From positions 64 to 64,063 of the forward strand of contig JBEQLD010000001.1 of assembly GCA_040326115.1 (NCBI GenBank): a stretch of 64,000 nucleotides of DNA, written 5' to 3'. Both the position numbers and the translations under genes were made by a program. Source of the stretch: Mariprofundaceae bacterium (GTDB taxonomy: Bacteria > Pseudomonadota > Zetaproteobacteria > Mariprofundales > Mariprofundaceae). Shown piece after piece: positions 55,615 through 64,000 of the stretch (position 1 is the stretch's first letter; every line of letters begins with the position of its first letter). Under the pieces are notes generated by a model. The model saw only the letters and a program-made list of their open reading frames with translations. It did not search any database and had not been told where the DNA came from.

Positions 55615-56532
55615 TTAGTGAGCTTCTATCTCTTCCCAGGTTGCGGTGGCTGTGCCGACTTTTCCTACAACTACACCTGCCGCGAGGTTGGCAGTCTGTG
55701 CCGCTTTCAACGGGTCATCACCACGTGCCAGACAGGTGGTGAAAACGGCGATGACGGTATCACCGGCACCGGTCACATCAAATACATCGCGGGCAGCCGT
55801 CGGGATATGGTGGCAGTTGTTGCCATCAAACAGGGTCATGCCGCGTTCGGAGCGGGTGATCAGTGCATAGGTCAGGTTCAGTTTCTGATGCAGCGCTCTG
55901 GCAATCGCTTCCACATGTGTATCTTCATTGCTGGCATCCATGCCTGCCATCGCAGCAGCCTCGGATAGGTTGGGTGTGATGAGCGTGGCATGTTTATAGG
56001 CATCGGTATGTTCGGGCTTGGGATCAACCGCGATGATTTTACCATTAAGATGCGGAATCAGACGCTCAAGAAAGGCGGGAGTCAGCAGCCCTTTTCCGTA
56101 GTCGGAAAGAATCACTGCGTCTGCATCTCCCAATTTGCTGAGAATACGTTTTTCCATCTCATTCTGTGTTTCGGGTTTGGCTGCATCCGTCCATTCGCGA
56201 TCATAACGAACCACCTGCTGATGGCGTGCAATGACACGGGTTTTGATGGCGGTAGGACGATTGTTTTTCTTGGTCAGTACGCCGGAATCATCCGCTTTGA
56301 GCTCTGCAAGGCGTTGATGTACCCATTGGCCGGGTTCATCATCACCGACAATGCCAAACATGGCAGAGGGCTGATCCAGTGCATTGAGGTTGCGAATCAC
56401 ATTTGCGGAGCCGCCCAGCCTTCTGTCTATACTCTCTACATTAACCACGGGAACCGGTGCTTCAGGGGAGATACGAGAAACATCTCCAAATACAAATTCA
56501 TCAACAATGATGTCACCAACTACAAGAATCAT
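55615..56532 (-). CDS. hldA: D-glycero-beta-D-manno-heptose-7-phosphate kinase (HldA / RfaE domain I only), PfkB family
   Basis: 305 aa. ILVVGDIIVDEFVFGDVSRISPEAPVPVV is typical of RfaE domain I. The PfkB C-terminal motif DVTGAGDTV is present, and no cytidylyltransferase (domain II) is fused. Confidence 0.8.
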   Translation of the reverse strand: MILVVGDIIVDEFVFGDVSRISPEAPVPVVNVESIDRRLGGSANVIRNLNALDQPSAMFGIVGDDEPGQWVHQRLAELKADDSGVLTKKNNRPTAIKTRVIARHQQVVRYDREWTDAAKPETQNEMEKRILSKLGDADAVILSDYGKGLLTPAFLERLIPHLNGKIIAVDPKPEHTDAYKHATLITPNLSEAAAMAGMDASNEDTHVEAIARALHQKLNLTYALITRSERGMTLFDGNNCHHIPTAARDVFDVTGAGDTVIAVFTTCLARGDDPLKAAQTANLAAGVVVGKVGTATATWEEIEAH

Positions 56533-57491
56533 GGTTTAAACCTCTGCTCCAGAGCTTTTACAAATCCACCGGCTTTCAGATATTCATTTCCATATTTGAG
56601 AAGCTTGCAAACACGACGACTCAGATAGTCCGGACGAAGATTATAGGTGAGCCAGTTGTAGCGAAAAATGGCTGCATGGGTTTTTTCGGCATTGGATGCG
56701 TCAGCTTTGAAATCGGTCGGGACTTCAGTTTTACGGAATAGAATTTCGATGTCGGGATGGCCATCAGCCTTGAACTGTTTCACGACTTCAAAACCACATT
56801 TTCCGGCCAGATCAATCAACGTCGCAGGCGTGAAGTTATAGATATGGGCAAAGTGGAACATACGGCCGAAGGTGGCAAAGGGCGCTCCGATATTCGGGCA
56901 CTCGATATAGAGCAATCCATCATCTTTAAGCAAGCTACGCATCTGGGTTAGCGCACGTGTCGGTGAAGAGAAATGCTCAATCACATGGATGAGAAGAATG
57001 CTGTCCATGCCTTCGTTATCAATGTGCAGGTCATAGAGGTTGATGTTGGATACTTTGGCATGAAGTGTGCCGCAGGTGTAGGTATTGAACCCTTCATTGG
57101 GCTCGATGCCGGAGGCATCAAATCCGGCCTCTTCAAAGCTTTTGACTGTACAGCCAATGCCGGCACCAATCTCGAACAGTGAGGCGTTTGCAGTCAGATG
57201 ATCCCGAATCTGACTTAAGATGCGTTGACCGTTGTTCCATGCCCGCATGATACGACGGGGCGACGGGGCGCTTTCACCATGGTAATCCTTGCGGTAGTCC
57301 TGAGCGTAGTAGGCTGCAACCTCTTCTTCGGATGGAACAGGAAGATGTGATACCAGTCCGCAGCCGTTACATAGAGCTGTAGTCAGTGATTTACCGTGCC
57401 GGTCTCTTTCGGAAATGACACTGAAATCACTGCCGCCACATAGATCGCATGCTTGAAGATGGCTCTGCTGGTTCGGTTCAGGTTGATTCAA
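56529..57491 (-). CDS. Class I SAM-dependent methyltransferase with N-terminal CxxC...CxxC zinc ribbon
   Basis: 320 aa. CDLCGGSDF...CNGCGLV zinc ribbon and SAM motif I LFEIGAGIGCT. TTG start with GGGAG upstream. The stop overlaps the hldA start (ATGA). Confidence 0.7.
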   Translation of the reverse strand: MNQPEPNQQSHLQACDLCGGSDFSVISERDRHGKSLTTALCNGCGLVSHLPVPSEEEVAAYYAQDYRKDYHGESAPSPRRIMRAWNNGQRILSQIRDHLTANASLFEIGAGIGCTVKSFEEAGFDASGIEPNEGFNTYTCGTLHAKVSNINLYDLHIDNEGMDSILLIHVIEHFSSPTRALTQMRSLLKDDGLLYIECPNIGAPFATFGRMFHFAHIYNFTPATLIDLAGKCGFEVVKQFKADGHPDIEILFRKTEVPTDFKADASNAEKTHAAIFRYNWLTYNLRPDYLSRRVCKLLKYGNEYLKAGGFVKALEQRFKP

Positions 57492-57561
57492 TCGTCACTC
57501 CCTTCAGGAATCATGAAGTTCTCTGCTAACTGCGGAGTATAGAGATCAGATGCGTGCATTG

Positions 57562-58647
57562 CTATGCAGCTCTCATTTTGTGTTGTGAAATTTCGGTTTT
57601 TAACTGGCCGCATGCGGCAGATATTTCATCACCTTTTGATTCACGCACCACAGTCATAATGCTTGCTCCGGACAGGACAGCGTAGAATGCAGAAATTGTA
57701 TCATCATCCGGGCGTTCAAATTGGCTTCCCGGGAATGGATTAAAGGGTAGCAGATTCACCGTGCAGCTGAGTCCATCGAGAAGATCGACAAGTCTGTTTG
57801 CATCGCTGGTTGAGTCATTGAAATCCTTGAGCATGACATATTCAATCAATACCCGTTTTCTGTCTTTGGATTCAATATAGTCGCGTATGGCGGTCATCAG
57901 CTCTGCAATTGGATATTTGCTGTTGATGGGGATAATCCGGCTTCGTGTTTCATCAGTGGTCGCATTGAGTGAGACAGCCAGATTGCACGGGAGCTGATCT
58001 TCAATCATTCGGTAGATGCCGGGCACCAGCCCTGATGTTGAAAGCGTGATGCGGCGGGGAGAGAAGGCCAGTCCCATCGGGTCGGTTACGATACGGATAA
58101 ATTTACTGACTGCCTCATAGTTATGCAGAGGCTCACCCATGCCCATCAGTACAAGATTACGAATGGGCTTCTCTGAAACCTCACGAGCCGTCATCACCTG
58201 AGCCACCATCTCTGCCGTGGTGAGATTGCGGGTAAGCCCTGCGGTTGCGGTCAGGCAGAACCGGCAACCGACAGCACAGCCGATCTGGGTGGAGATACAC
58301 TGTGTGATACGACCGGTACCGGGGATCAGCACACTCTCGATCTCTCTGCTGTCCGGCATGCGCAGAAGCATCTTATGGGTGCCGTCATCGGCCTGCTGGC
58401 TGGCGATGCATTCGAGTTTGAGCTGTTCGGTGTGGTTGTCCAGGTAGTCGTATAGTCGATTTGGAAGATCGGCTATTCGGCGAGTGTCGGTAATACCATG
58501 CCGGAATATCCCGGCGTTCAGTGTCTCTGCATGAACAGGTTTTACCTCTGCTTTTTCGCAAAGCGATAGCAGGTCTGCATGATCCATGCCGATCAGCTGC
58601 ATATCTGCAGGGATGGAAGTGGATTCGGTTGAGGTGTCGGAGTTCAT
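57562..58647 (-). CDS. rlmN: 23S rRNA/tRNA (adenine-C2)-methyltransferase RlmN (radical SAM)
   Basis: CISTQIGCAVGCRFCLT radical-SAM cluster motif, GMGEPLHN and the C-terminal Cys in AACGQL. The start is uncertain: no Shine-Dalgarno precedes 58647, and the ATG at 58602 is an alternative. Confidence 0.88.
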   Translation of the reverse strand: MNSDTSTESTSIPADMQLIGMDHADLLSLCEKAEVKPVHAETLNAGIFRHGITDTRRIADLPNRLYDYLDNHTEQLKLECIASQQADDGTHKMLLRMPDSREIESVLIPGTGRITQCISTQIGCAVGCRFCLTATAGLTRNLTTAEMVAQVMTAREVSEKPIRNLVLMGMGEPLHNYEAVSKFIRIVTDPMGLAFSPRRITLSTSGLVPGIYRMIEDQLPCNLAVSLNATTDETRSRIIPINSKYPIAELMTAIRDYIESKDRKRVLIEYVMLKDFNDSTSDANRLVDLLDGLSCTVNLLPFNPFPGSQFERPDDDTISAFYAVLSGASIMTVVRESKGDEISAACGQLKTEISQHKMRAA

Positions 58648-58657
58648 GATGAATTAG

Positions 58658-58698
58658 AAAAAAAAGTGGCCTGATTCAAATGAATTGAACCAGACCAC
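58658..58698 (-). terminator. Strong rho-independent terminator after fdxA
   Basis: Minus strand: GTGGTCTGGTTCAA-TTCAT-TTGAATCAGGCCAC, a 14-bp stem including two G-U pairs, followed by T8. The T-tract ends 10 nt before the annotated rlmN ATG. Confidence 0.75.
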
Positions 58699-58752
58699 CT
58701 GATTAGATACTCGAAGGTCGAGAGTCGGAGTGTGAGGGTCAGAGTGCGAGGA

Positions 58753-59097
58753 TCAGAGGCCGTACTTGGCCTTGTTGGCAGCAACTTCTTCTGCTGAAGG
58801 CGGCTCATGATCTTTTACTTCTGCCAGATCAAACGCATCACGATCAGTGTCGCACAGGTCGTTCAGTGCAATGTCACTTTCGAAGACTTCAGGAAGATCT
58901 TCTTCAGGATAGATTGCTTCCCATGGGCACTCCGGTTCACAGACCGCGCAATCGATGCACTCTTCAGGAGATATATAAAGCATATTCGGATGCTCATCAG
59001 ATGTCTCTTTGGGTTGATAGAAGCAGTCTACCGGGCAGACAGCAACGCAAGCTGAATCAACACAATCTTTACAGAGCTGAGTTACAACAAAAGCCAT
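58753..59097 (-). CDS. fdxA: Ferredoxin FdxA (7Fe-type, [3Fe-4S][4Fe-4S])
   Basis: [27 protein letters not shown]...[12 protein letters not shown] is the classic 7Fe ferredoxin pattern. I use the ATG at 59097 with GAGG upstream; the track start is 59109. Confidence 0.88.
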   Translation of the reverse strand: MAFVVTQLCKDCVDSACVAVCPVDCFYQPKETSDEHPNMLYISPEECIDCAVCEPECPWEAIYPEEDLPEVFESDIALNDLCDTDRDAFDLAEVKDHEPPSAEEVAANKAKYGL

Positions 59098-59243
59098 TTT
59101 AAACCTCACACATTAAATCAGTGAGGCGAACGATACACAGAGATTGAACATCACGCTAGATGCCGATGCTTATCCTGCGCTAATCTGAAGAAAATCGTGA
59201 TTCTTAAATTGTGAAATGGTTCAGAGAATCATAGTCTAACGCG

Positions 59244-62200
59244 ATGCACTTTTCGCCGTTTGTACATCTGCACAACCATTCCGATTTTTCACTGCTTGCC
59301 GGGGCTATGACTGTGCAAAAGCTGCTGGATCGGGCGGTTGAGTTGCGTCAGCCAGCAGTTGCTCTAACCGATTATGGCAATCTCTTCGGGGCGATCGAGT
59401 TTTATTCCAAAGCGATGCGACTGGGAATCAAGCCGATTCTGGGCTGTGAATTCAATCTTTGTGATGATCACACCAAGCGCATCAGCGAAGGGCCACGAGC
59501 ACCGCGGTTTCCACAGCTCGTACTTCTGGCTCGCAATAATCACGGTTGGCAGAATCTGATGAAGCTGGTCTCCATCGGTTATCTTGAAGGCTTCTATTAT
59601 AAACCTCGCATCGATAAAAAACTGCTCAAGGAGTTTGGCACAGGCCTGATCGCCCTCTCTTCAGGCTGGAATGGCGAGATCGAACAGCTCTTGCAAAAGG
59701 GTGATGAAACTAAGGCGAGGAAAGTCGCTCAGGAGTACAGGGATCTGTTTGCAGAGAACTGTTTCTTCATCGAATTGCAGCGTCACGGTTCTGCAGCCCA
59801 GGAAGGGGTCAACAGGCAGTTGATCAAACTTGCTCATGATCTCGATATTCCACTGGTTGCCAGCAATAACGCACACTTTCTGACTCGAGAGGATTTTCAC
59901 GCCTTTGAGGCCATGCTGGCACTGCAGCAAAACAGAACGGTTCATGATGATGTCTCCGGCCATTTTACACCCGAGTGTTATCTGAAGTCCTATGAAGAGA
60001 TGGAATCCCTGTTTGAGGATGTGCCCGAGGCACTGGAAAATGCCGTCCATATCGCCAATCGCTGTAACGTGGATCTGCAGTTTGGTAACTATCAACTTCC
60101 GGATTTTCAGACGCCGGATGGTTCAGATCTTAAACATTACATTCGCACATTGGCCAAAGAGGGACTGGACCGGCGTTGGGATGTCATAACCGAGCACAAT
60201 CCGGAGGTCGGCCGCGAGGATTACGACAAACGCCTTGAATTTGAGCTTGATGTGATCCAGCAGATGGGCTTCCCCGGTTATTTTTTGATTGTTGCGGACT
60301 TTATCATGTGGGCAAAAAACCATGATATTCCGGTTGGTCCGGGTCGTGGTTCCGGTGCTGGTTCGCTGGTTGCCTATGTGCTGGGCATTACCAACCTTGA
60401 TCCGATCAAGTATGGCCTTCTGTTCGAGCGATTCCTCAATCCGGAACGAGTATCACTGCCCGATTTTGATATTGATTTCTGCATGTCCCGTCGTGAAGAG
60501 GTGATCCGCTACGTCACTGATAAGTATGGTGCGGATAAAGTGGCTCAGATTATTACTTACGGCTCGATGAAGGCCAAGGCAGTGGTGCGTGATGTGGGGC
60601 GTGTGCTCGGTATGGAGTTGGCCAAGGTCAATACGATTGCCAAACTGATTCCGAATGATCTGAAAATGACGCTTGAAAAGGCACTGATTGAAGAGGCCCG
60701 GCTGGCCAAGATGGTCAAGGAAGATGGTGAGGTGGCTCGACTGTTTGAGCTGGCTTCACGCCTTGAAGGCATGCATCGAAATGCCGGAACACATGCGGCG
60801 GGTGTAATTATCGGCAGAGACCCGCTGGTGGAGACTGCGCCGCTGTTCAAAGTGAATCGTGACGAAGATGCTCAGGTAGTGCAGTGGGATATGATCAATT
60901 CGGAAAAGATCGGATTGATCAAATTTGATTTCCTCGGCCTGAAAACGCTGACCGTGATTGATCTGGCCTGTCGTCTGATTCATCAGCAGAAGGGATGCGA
61001 AAAGTTCGATATCGAAACCATCCCGCTGGACGATTCTGAAACCTTCAAGCTGATGCAGCGCGGGCAGACCGGAGCCGTATTCCAGGTGGAATCATCCGGC
61101 ATGCGTGATCTTCTCACACGGCTCAGGCCGGATTGTTTTGAAGATATCATTGCACTGGTGGCGCTCTATCGTCCGGGGCCGCTGGAATCCGGCATGGTGG
61201 ATACCTACATTGAGTGTAAACACGGACGTCAGGATATTGTCTATCAGGTGCCTCAACTCAAACCGATTCTGGAGGAGACCAATGGTGTGATCCTCTATCA
61301 GGAACAGGTGATGAAGATCGCCCAGGTTCTGGCCGGGTATACACTGGGTGAGGCGGATATGCTCCGTCGAGCCATGGGTAAAAAGAAAGCCGAAGAGATG
61401 GCCGAGCAGCGTAACTTTTTTATGGATGGTGCCGAAAAGCAGAAAGTGCCTGCCGACAAGGCCGAGCAGATTTTCGATCTGATGGAGAAGTTTGCGGGCT
61501 ACGGTTTTAATAAGTCACATTCTGCCGCCTATGCACTGATCTCCTATCAGACAGCCTTCCTGAAGACGCACTATCCACAGGCATTTATGGCAGCAACGCT
61601 CTCCTGTGATATGGGTACGACCGATAAAGTCGCCGTGCTGGTGAATGATTGCGAATCGATGGGGCTGGAGATATTTCCACCGGATATCAATGCTTCAGAT
61701 TGGGAGTTTATACCGGAGGCGGAGGGTATTCGTTACGGCCTGGGTGCCATCAAAGGTGTGGGTGAAGCGGTTATTCGACAGATGGTCAAAACCCGCAAAG
61801 AGAACGGTGTATTCAACTCTTTCGAAGAGATGATTCTGCAGCTGCCGGAACGCACGATGAACAAGCGAACCTGCGAGGCGATGATTAAGGCGGGTGCTAT
61901 GCATGCCGTAGTACCGCATGTGCATGCAGGTATCGAGGGCCTGACGGAGGCTCTGGATGAAGCGGTTCGCAGGCGAAAAGAGAAATTAAGCCATCAGTCA
62001 GCGCTCTTTGAAGTGGCCGAACCCTCCGGCAGTGGCTATGGACTTTTTCCTGATCTGCCGGAGTGGAGTCAGGGTGAATGTCTGCAGGCAGAGCGTGAAG
62101 TGCTTGGTTACTACCTGACCGGACATCCGCTGGAAGAGTATCTGGAAAATTGCAGTGGTTTGGGCGATCTGAATTTGAGTCAGCTTGGTGATGTGTCGGA

Positions 62201-62768
62201 TCAGTCCAATGTGATTATCCCCATTGGCGTCAGTTCGATCAGAGAGTACAAGGGTGGCCGCGGAACCATGGCCTTTATTCAGATTGAAGATCTTTATGGG
62301 CGGGCTGAAGCGATCTGTTTTGCCAAACTCTATGAAACCAGTCGTGAAATATGGCATAGTGATCAACCACTATTGCTGGCAGCTCGTGTGGATGCATCCA
62401 AGGATGAACCGGTATTGATCGTAGAGGCCGTTGAACCTCTGGAGAAAATGTTATCCGAGCTTGTTGTCAGGGTGCGGGTAGAGAGCAGTAATATTGCCTG
62501 GGATGAGGCAACCATTACAGGCATCGAGGCATTGAAAAAGGATAAACCGGGCAAGGTTCGGATTCAGTTTCATGTGCGCCTTCCTGATGGCAGCATTGCC
62601 GAATTGGAGTCAAAACCTGTATTATGCTGGGATCGCGAAGTTGAAGCGTGGTTGAAAGAGCGTTTTGGTGCCGGCTCCGTGCATGTTCAGTGCCGGACAT
62701 GGAAGCCTGAAATTGCTGCAGGAACGAACCGAAATGCTTGGCGAAATGGAAAAAATGGGAATGGGTAA
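59244..62768 (+). CDS. dnaE: DNA polymerase III subunit alpha DnaE
   Basis: 1174 aa. N-terminal PHP domain ([13 protein letters not shown]), polymerase core ([21 protein letters not shown]), KSHSAAYA and a C-terminal OB-fold region. Confidence 0.97.
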   Translation: MHFSPFVHLHNHSDFSLLAGAMTVQKLLDRAVELRQPAVALTDYGNLFGAIEFYSKAMRLGIKPILGCEFNLCDDHTKRISEGPRAPRFPQLVLLARNNHGWQNLMKLVSIGYLEGFYYKPRIDKKLLKEFGTGLIALSSGWNGEIEQLLQKGDETKARKVAQEYRDLFAENCFFIELQRHGSAAQEGVNRQLIKLAHDLDIPLVASNNAHFLTREDFHAFEAMLALQQNRTVHDDVSGHFTPECYLKSYEEMESLFEDVPEALENAVHIANRCNVDLQFGNYQLPDFQTPDGSDLKHYIRTLAKEGLDRRWDVITEHNPEVGREDYDKRLEFELDVIQQMGFPGYFLIVADFIMWAKNHDIPVGPGRGSGAGSLVAYVLGITNLDPIKYGLLFERFLNPERVSLPDFDIDFCMSRREEVIRYVTDKYGADKVAQIITYGSMKAKAVVRDVGRVLGMELAKVNTIAKLIPNDLKMTLEKALIEEARLAKMVKEDGEVARLFELASRLEGMHRNAGTHAAGVIIGRDPLVETAPLFKVNRDEDAQVVQWDMINSEKIGLIKFDFLGLKTLTVIDLACRLIHQQKGCEKFDIETIPLDDSETFKLMQRGQTGAVFQVESSGMRDLLTRLRPDCFEDIIALVALYRPGPLESGMVDTYIECKHGRQDIVYQVPQLKPILEETNGVILYQEQVMKIAQVLAGYTLGEADMLRRAMGKKKAEEMAEQRNFFMDGAEKQKVPADKAEQIFDLMEKFAGYGFNKSHSAAYALISYQTAFLKTHYPQAFMAATLSCDMGTTDKVAVLVNDCESMGLEIFPPDINASDWEFIPEAEGIRYGLGAIKGVGEAVIRQMVKTRKENGVFNSFEEMILQLPERTMNKRTCEAMIKAGAMHAVVPHVHAGIEGLTEALDEAVRRRKEKLSHQSALFEVAEPSGSGYGLFPDLPEWSQGECLQAEREVLGYYLTGHPLEEYLENCSGLGDLNLSQLGDVSDQSNVIIPIGVSSIREYKGGRGTMAFIQIEDLYGRAEAICFAKLYETSREIWHSDQPLLLAARVDASKDEPVLIVEAVEPLEKMLSELVVRVRVESSNIAWDEATITGIEALKKDKPGKVRIQFHVRLPDGSIAELESKPVLCWDREVEAWLKERFGAGSVHVQCRTWKPEIAAGTNRNAWRNGKNGNG

Positions 62769-62779
62769 GGAGTACTGGG

Positions 62780-63739
62780 ATGGCCTTTAGTTATCTTGAA
62801 TTTGAGCGTCCGATTGCCGAACTGACGGAAAAAATCGATGAATTGTCATTGATGGGTGCTGATTCAGAAGTGAATATTGCTGAAGAGGTGGAGCGCCTCG
62901 GGAAGAAACGGGATAAACTTGTTGAGCAGACCTATTCCAAGGCAAGCCGCGGACAGATGGCCCAGTTGTCACGTCATCCGGATCGGCCGAACTTTCTTGA
63001 TTATATACCCTTGATTTTTGATGAATTTCAGGAGCTGCATGGTGACCGTGCTTTTTCTGATGATGGGGCAATCGTTGGTGGTATTGCCAAGTTTGGTGAG
63101 CACTCTGTGATGATTGTCGGACACCAGAAGGGCAAAGATACCAAAGAGAAACTTAAACGAAATTTTGGTATGGCAAGGCCTGAAGGTTATCGAAAAGCAC
63201 TACGTCTGTTTAAGTTGGCAGAACGTTTTGATATGCCGGTGATGACCTTTATCGATACTGCCGGTGCATGGCCGGGTATTGATGCGGAAGAGCGTGGGCA
63301 GAGTGAAGCGATCGCCCGCAACCTGATGGACCTGGCAGTCTTGAAAGTGCCGGTGATCTGCACAGTCATTGGTGAGGGCGGCTCGGGTGGTGCTTTGGCC
63401 ATTGGCGTGGGAGACCGTCTTTTCATGCAGAAGTTGACGATCTATTCCGTTATCTCCCCGGAGGGCTGTGCTGCGATTCTCTGGCGCGACCGTAAATTTG
63501 CCAATGATGCTGCTGAAGCACTGAAACCTACAGCAGAGGATCTGCTGGAGCTTGGGCTGATTGATGAGATTATCCCTGAGCCCGCAGAAGGCGCACATCG
63601 CAACCCTGAAGCGGCCGCAGAGATGATGGCAGGCGTTTTGGACAAAGCCTTAAGAGAGCTGTTGAAGATCCCGGTATCAAAACTATTGAAGGATCGCGAA
63701 GCACGCCTTCGTCAGCTTGGTGTTTTCGGAGAAGGGTGA
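62780..63739 (+). CDS. accA: Acetyl-CoA carboxylase carboxyltransferase subunit alpha AccA
   Basis: [42 protein letters not shown], and [15 protein letters not shown]. The ATG at 62780 lies just after the dnaE stop; the track start at 62738 lies inside dnaE. Confidence 0.93.
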   Translation: MAFSYLEFERPIAELTEKIDELSLMGADSEVNIAEEVERLGKKRDKLVEQTYSKASRGQMAQLSRHPDRPNFLDYIPLIFDEFQELHGDRAFSDDGAIVGGIAKFGEHSVMIVGHQKGKDTKEKLKRNFGMARPEGYRKALRLFKLAERFDMPVMTFIDTAGAWPGIDAEERGQSEAIARNLMDLAVLKVPVICTVIGEGGSGGALAIGVGDRLFMQKLTIYSVISPEGCAAILWRDRKFANDAAEALKPTAEDLLELGLIDEIIPEPAEGAHRNPEAAAEMMAGVLDKALRELLKIPVSKLLKDREARLRQLGVFGEG

Positions 63740-64000
63740 TGGTTAGATACGGCCTCGGGCTCCTGCCCTCAGCCTTGATCGCCACGCGAAGATGCGATCT
63801 TCACGTAGCTTACTAAAGTCACCCTTCCATGGGTGGGGGACTTGGCTAGTTGCCAAGGATAGTACGCAACTCCATCAGGGAAGGTAAGCGGAGAAAGGCT
63901 ACATTTTTGCACAGCAATTCAAGAAAATATGTGGAAATATTTTGCGAATAGACGAATCCCCTTGTTCTGATGCTTCATATTCGTATGCTTCGCCGTCTTC

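Noticed and set aside
55990-56628. A 212-aa plus-strand ORF. The 162-aa ORF at 55480-55968 is a similar case.
   Set aside because: Both are antisense to hldA and kdsB, and their composition is junk-like.

Overview
The window is mostly core chromosome from a Gram-negative proteobacterium, at roughly 50% G+C by hand counts. I call 56 CDS, one tRNA, three intrinsic terminators, two candidate promoter or operator regions and six copies of one palindromic repeat.

Main blocks:
- **dcw cluster (33012-51704, minus strand):** a complete, tightly overlapping division and cell-wall cluster, mraZ-rsmH-ftsL-ftsI-murE-murF-mraY-murD-ftsW-murG-murC-murB-ddl-ftsQ-ftsA-ftsZ-lpxC.
- **Outer membrane and LPS genes:** lptD-surA-pdxA-algH, and kdsB-hldA plus a methyltransferase.
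- **Two-component and potassium uptake chain:** DUF4390-ntrY-ntrX-trkA-trkH, translationally coupled.
- **Housekeeping genes:** rnr, uup, ycgN, folE, ubiG, rlmN, fdxA, dnaE, accA, xerD, citrate synthase and tRNA-Leu(CAG).

I saw no phage, IS, CRISPR, toxin-antitoxin or recognisable defence genes.

Observations most worth a second look:
1. A 32-nt palindromic repeat (consensus GAATGTCCGCTTTTGGCCAAAAGCGGACATTC) occurs six times. Five copies sit 2-13 nt after stop codons and none has a U-tract. It could be a REP-type element or a DNA-uptake-sequence-like pair.
2. Three of these copies bracket an AT-rich two-gene c-di-GMP module (PAS-GGDEF-EAL and HDOD) lying between the mraZ promoter and kdsB.
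3. Two tandem paralogous TPR plus double cyclic-nucleotide-binding proteins have no output domain. The first is overlapped with xerD.
4. A bacterial homologue of the eukaryotic GTDC1/QTMAN (DUF3524) glycosyltransferase is present.
5. A B-box zinc-finger membrane protein is overlapped with a GspG-like pseudopilin at the window edge.

All family assignments come from motifs I recognise in the translated ORFs; no searches were run. The supplied ORF track uses the most upstream ATG, GTG or TTG, so I trimmed several starts.
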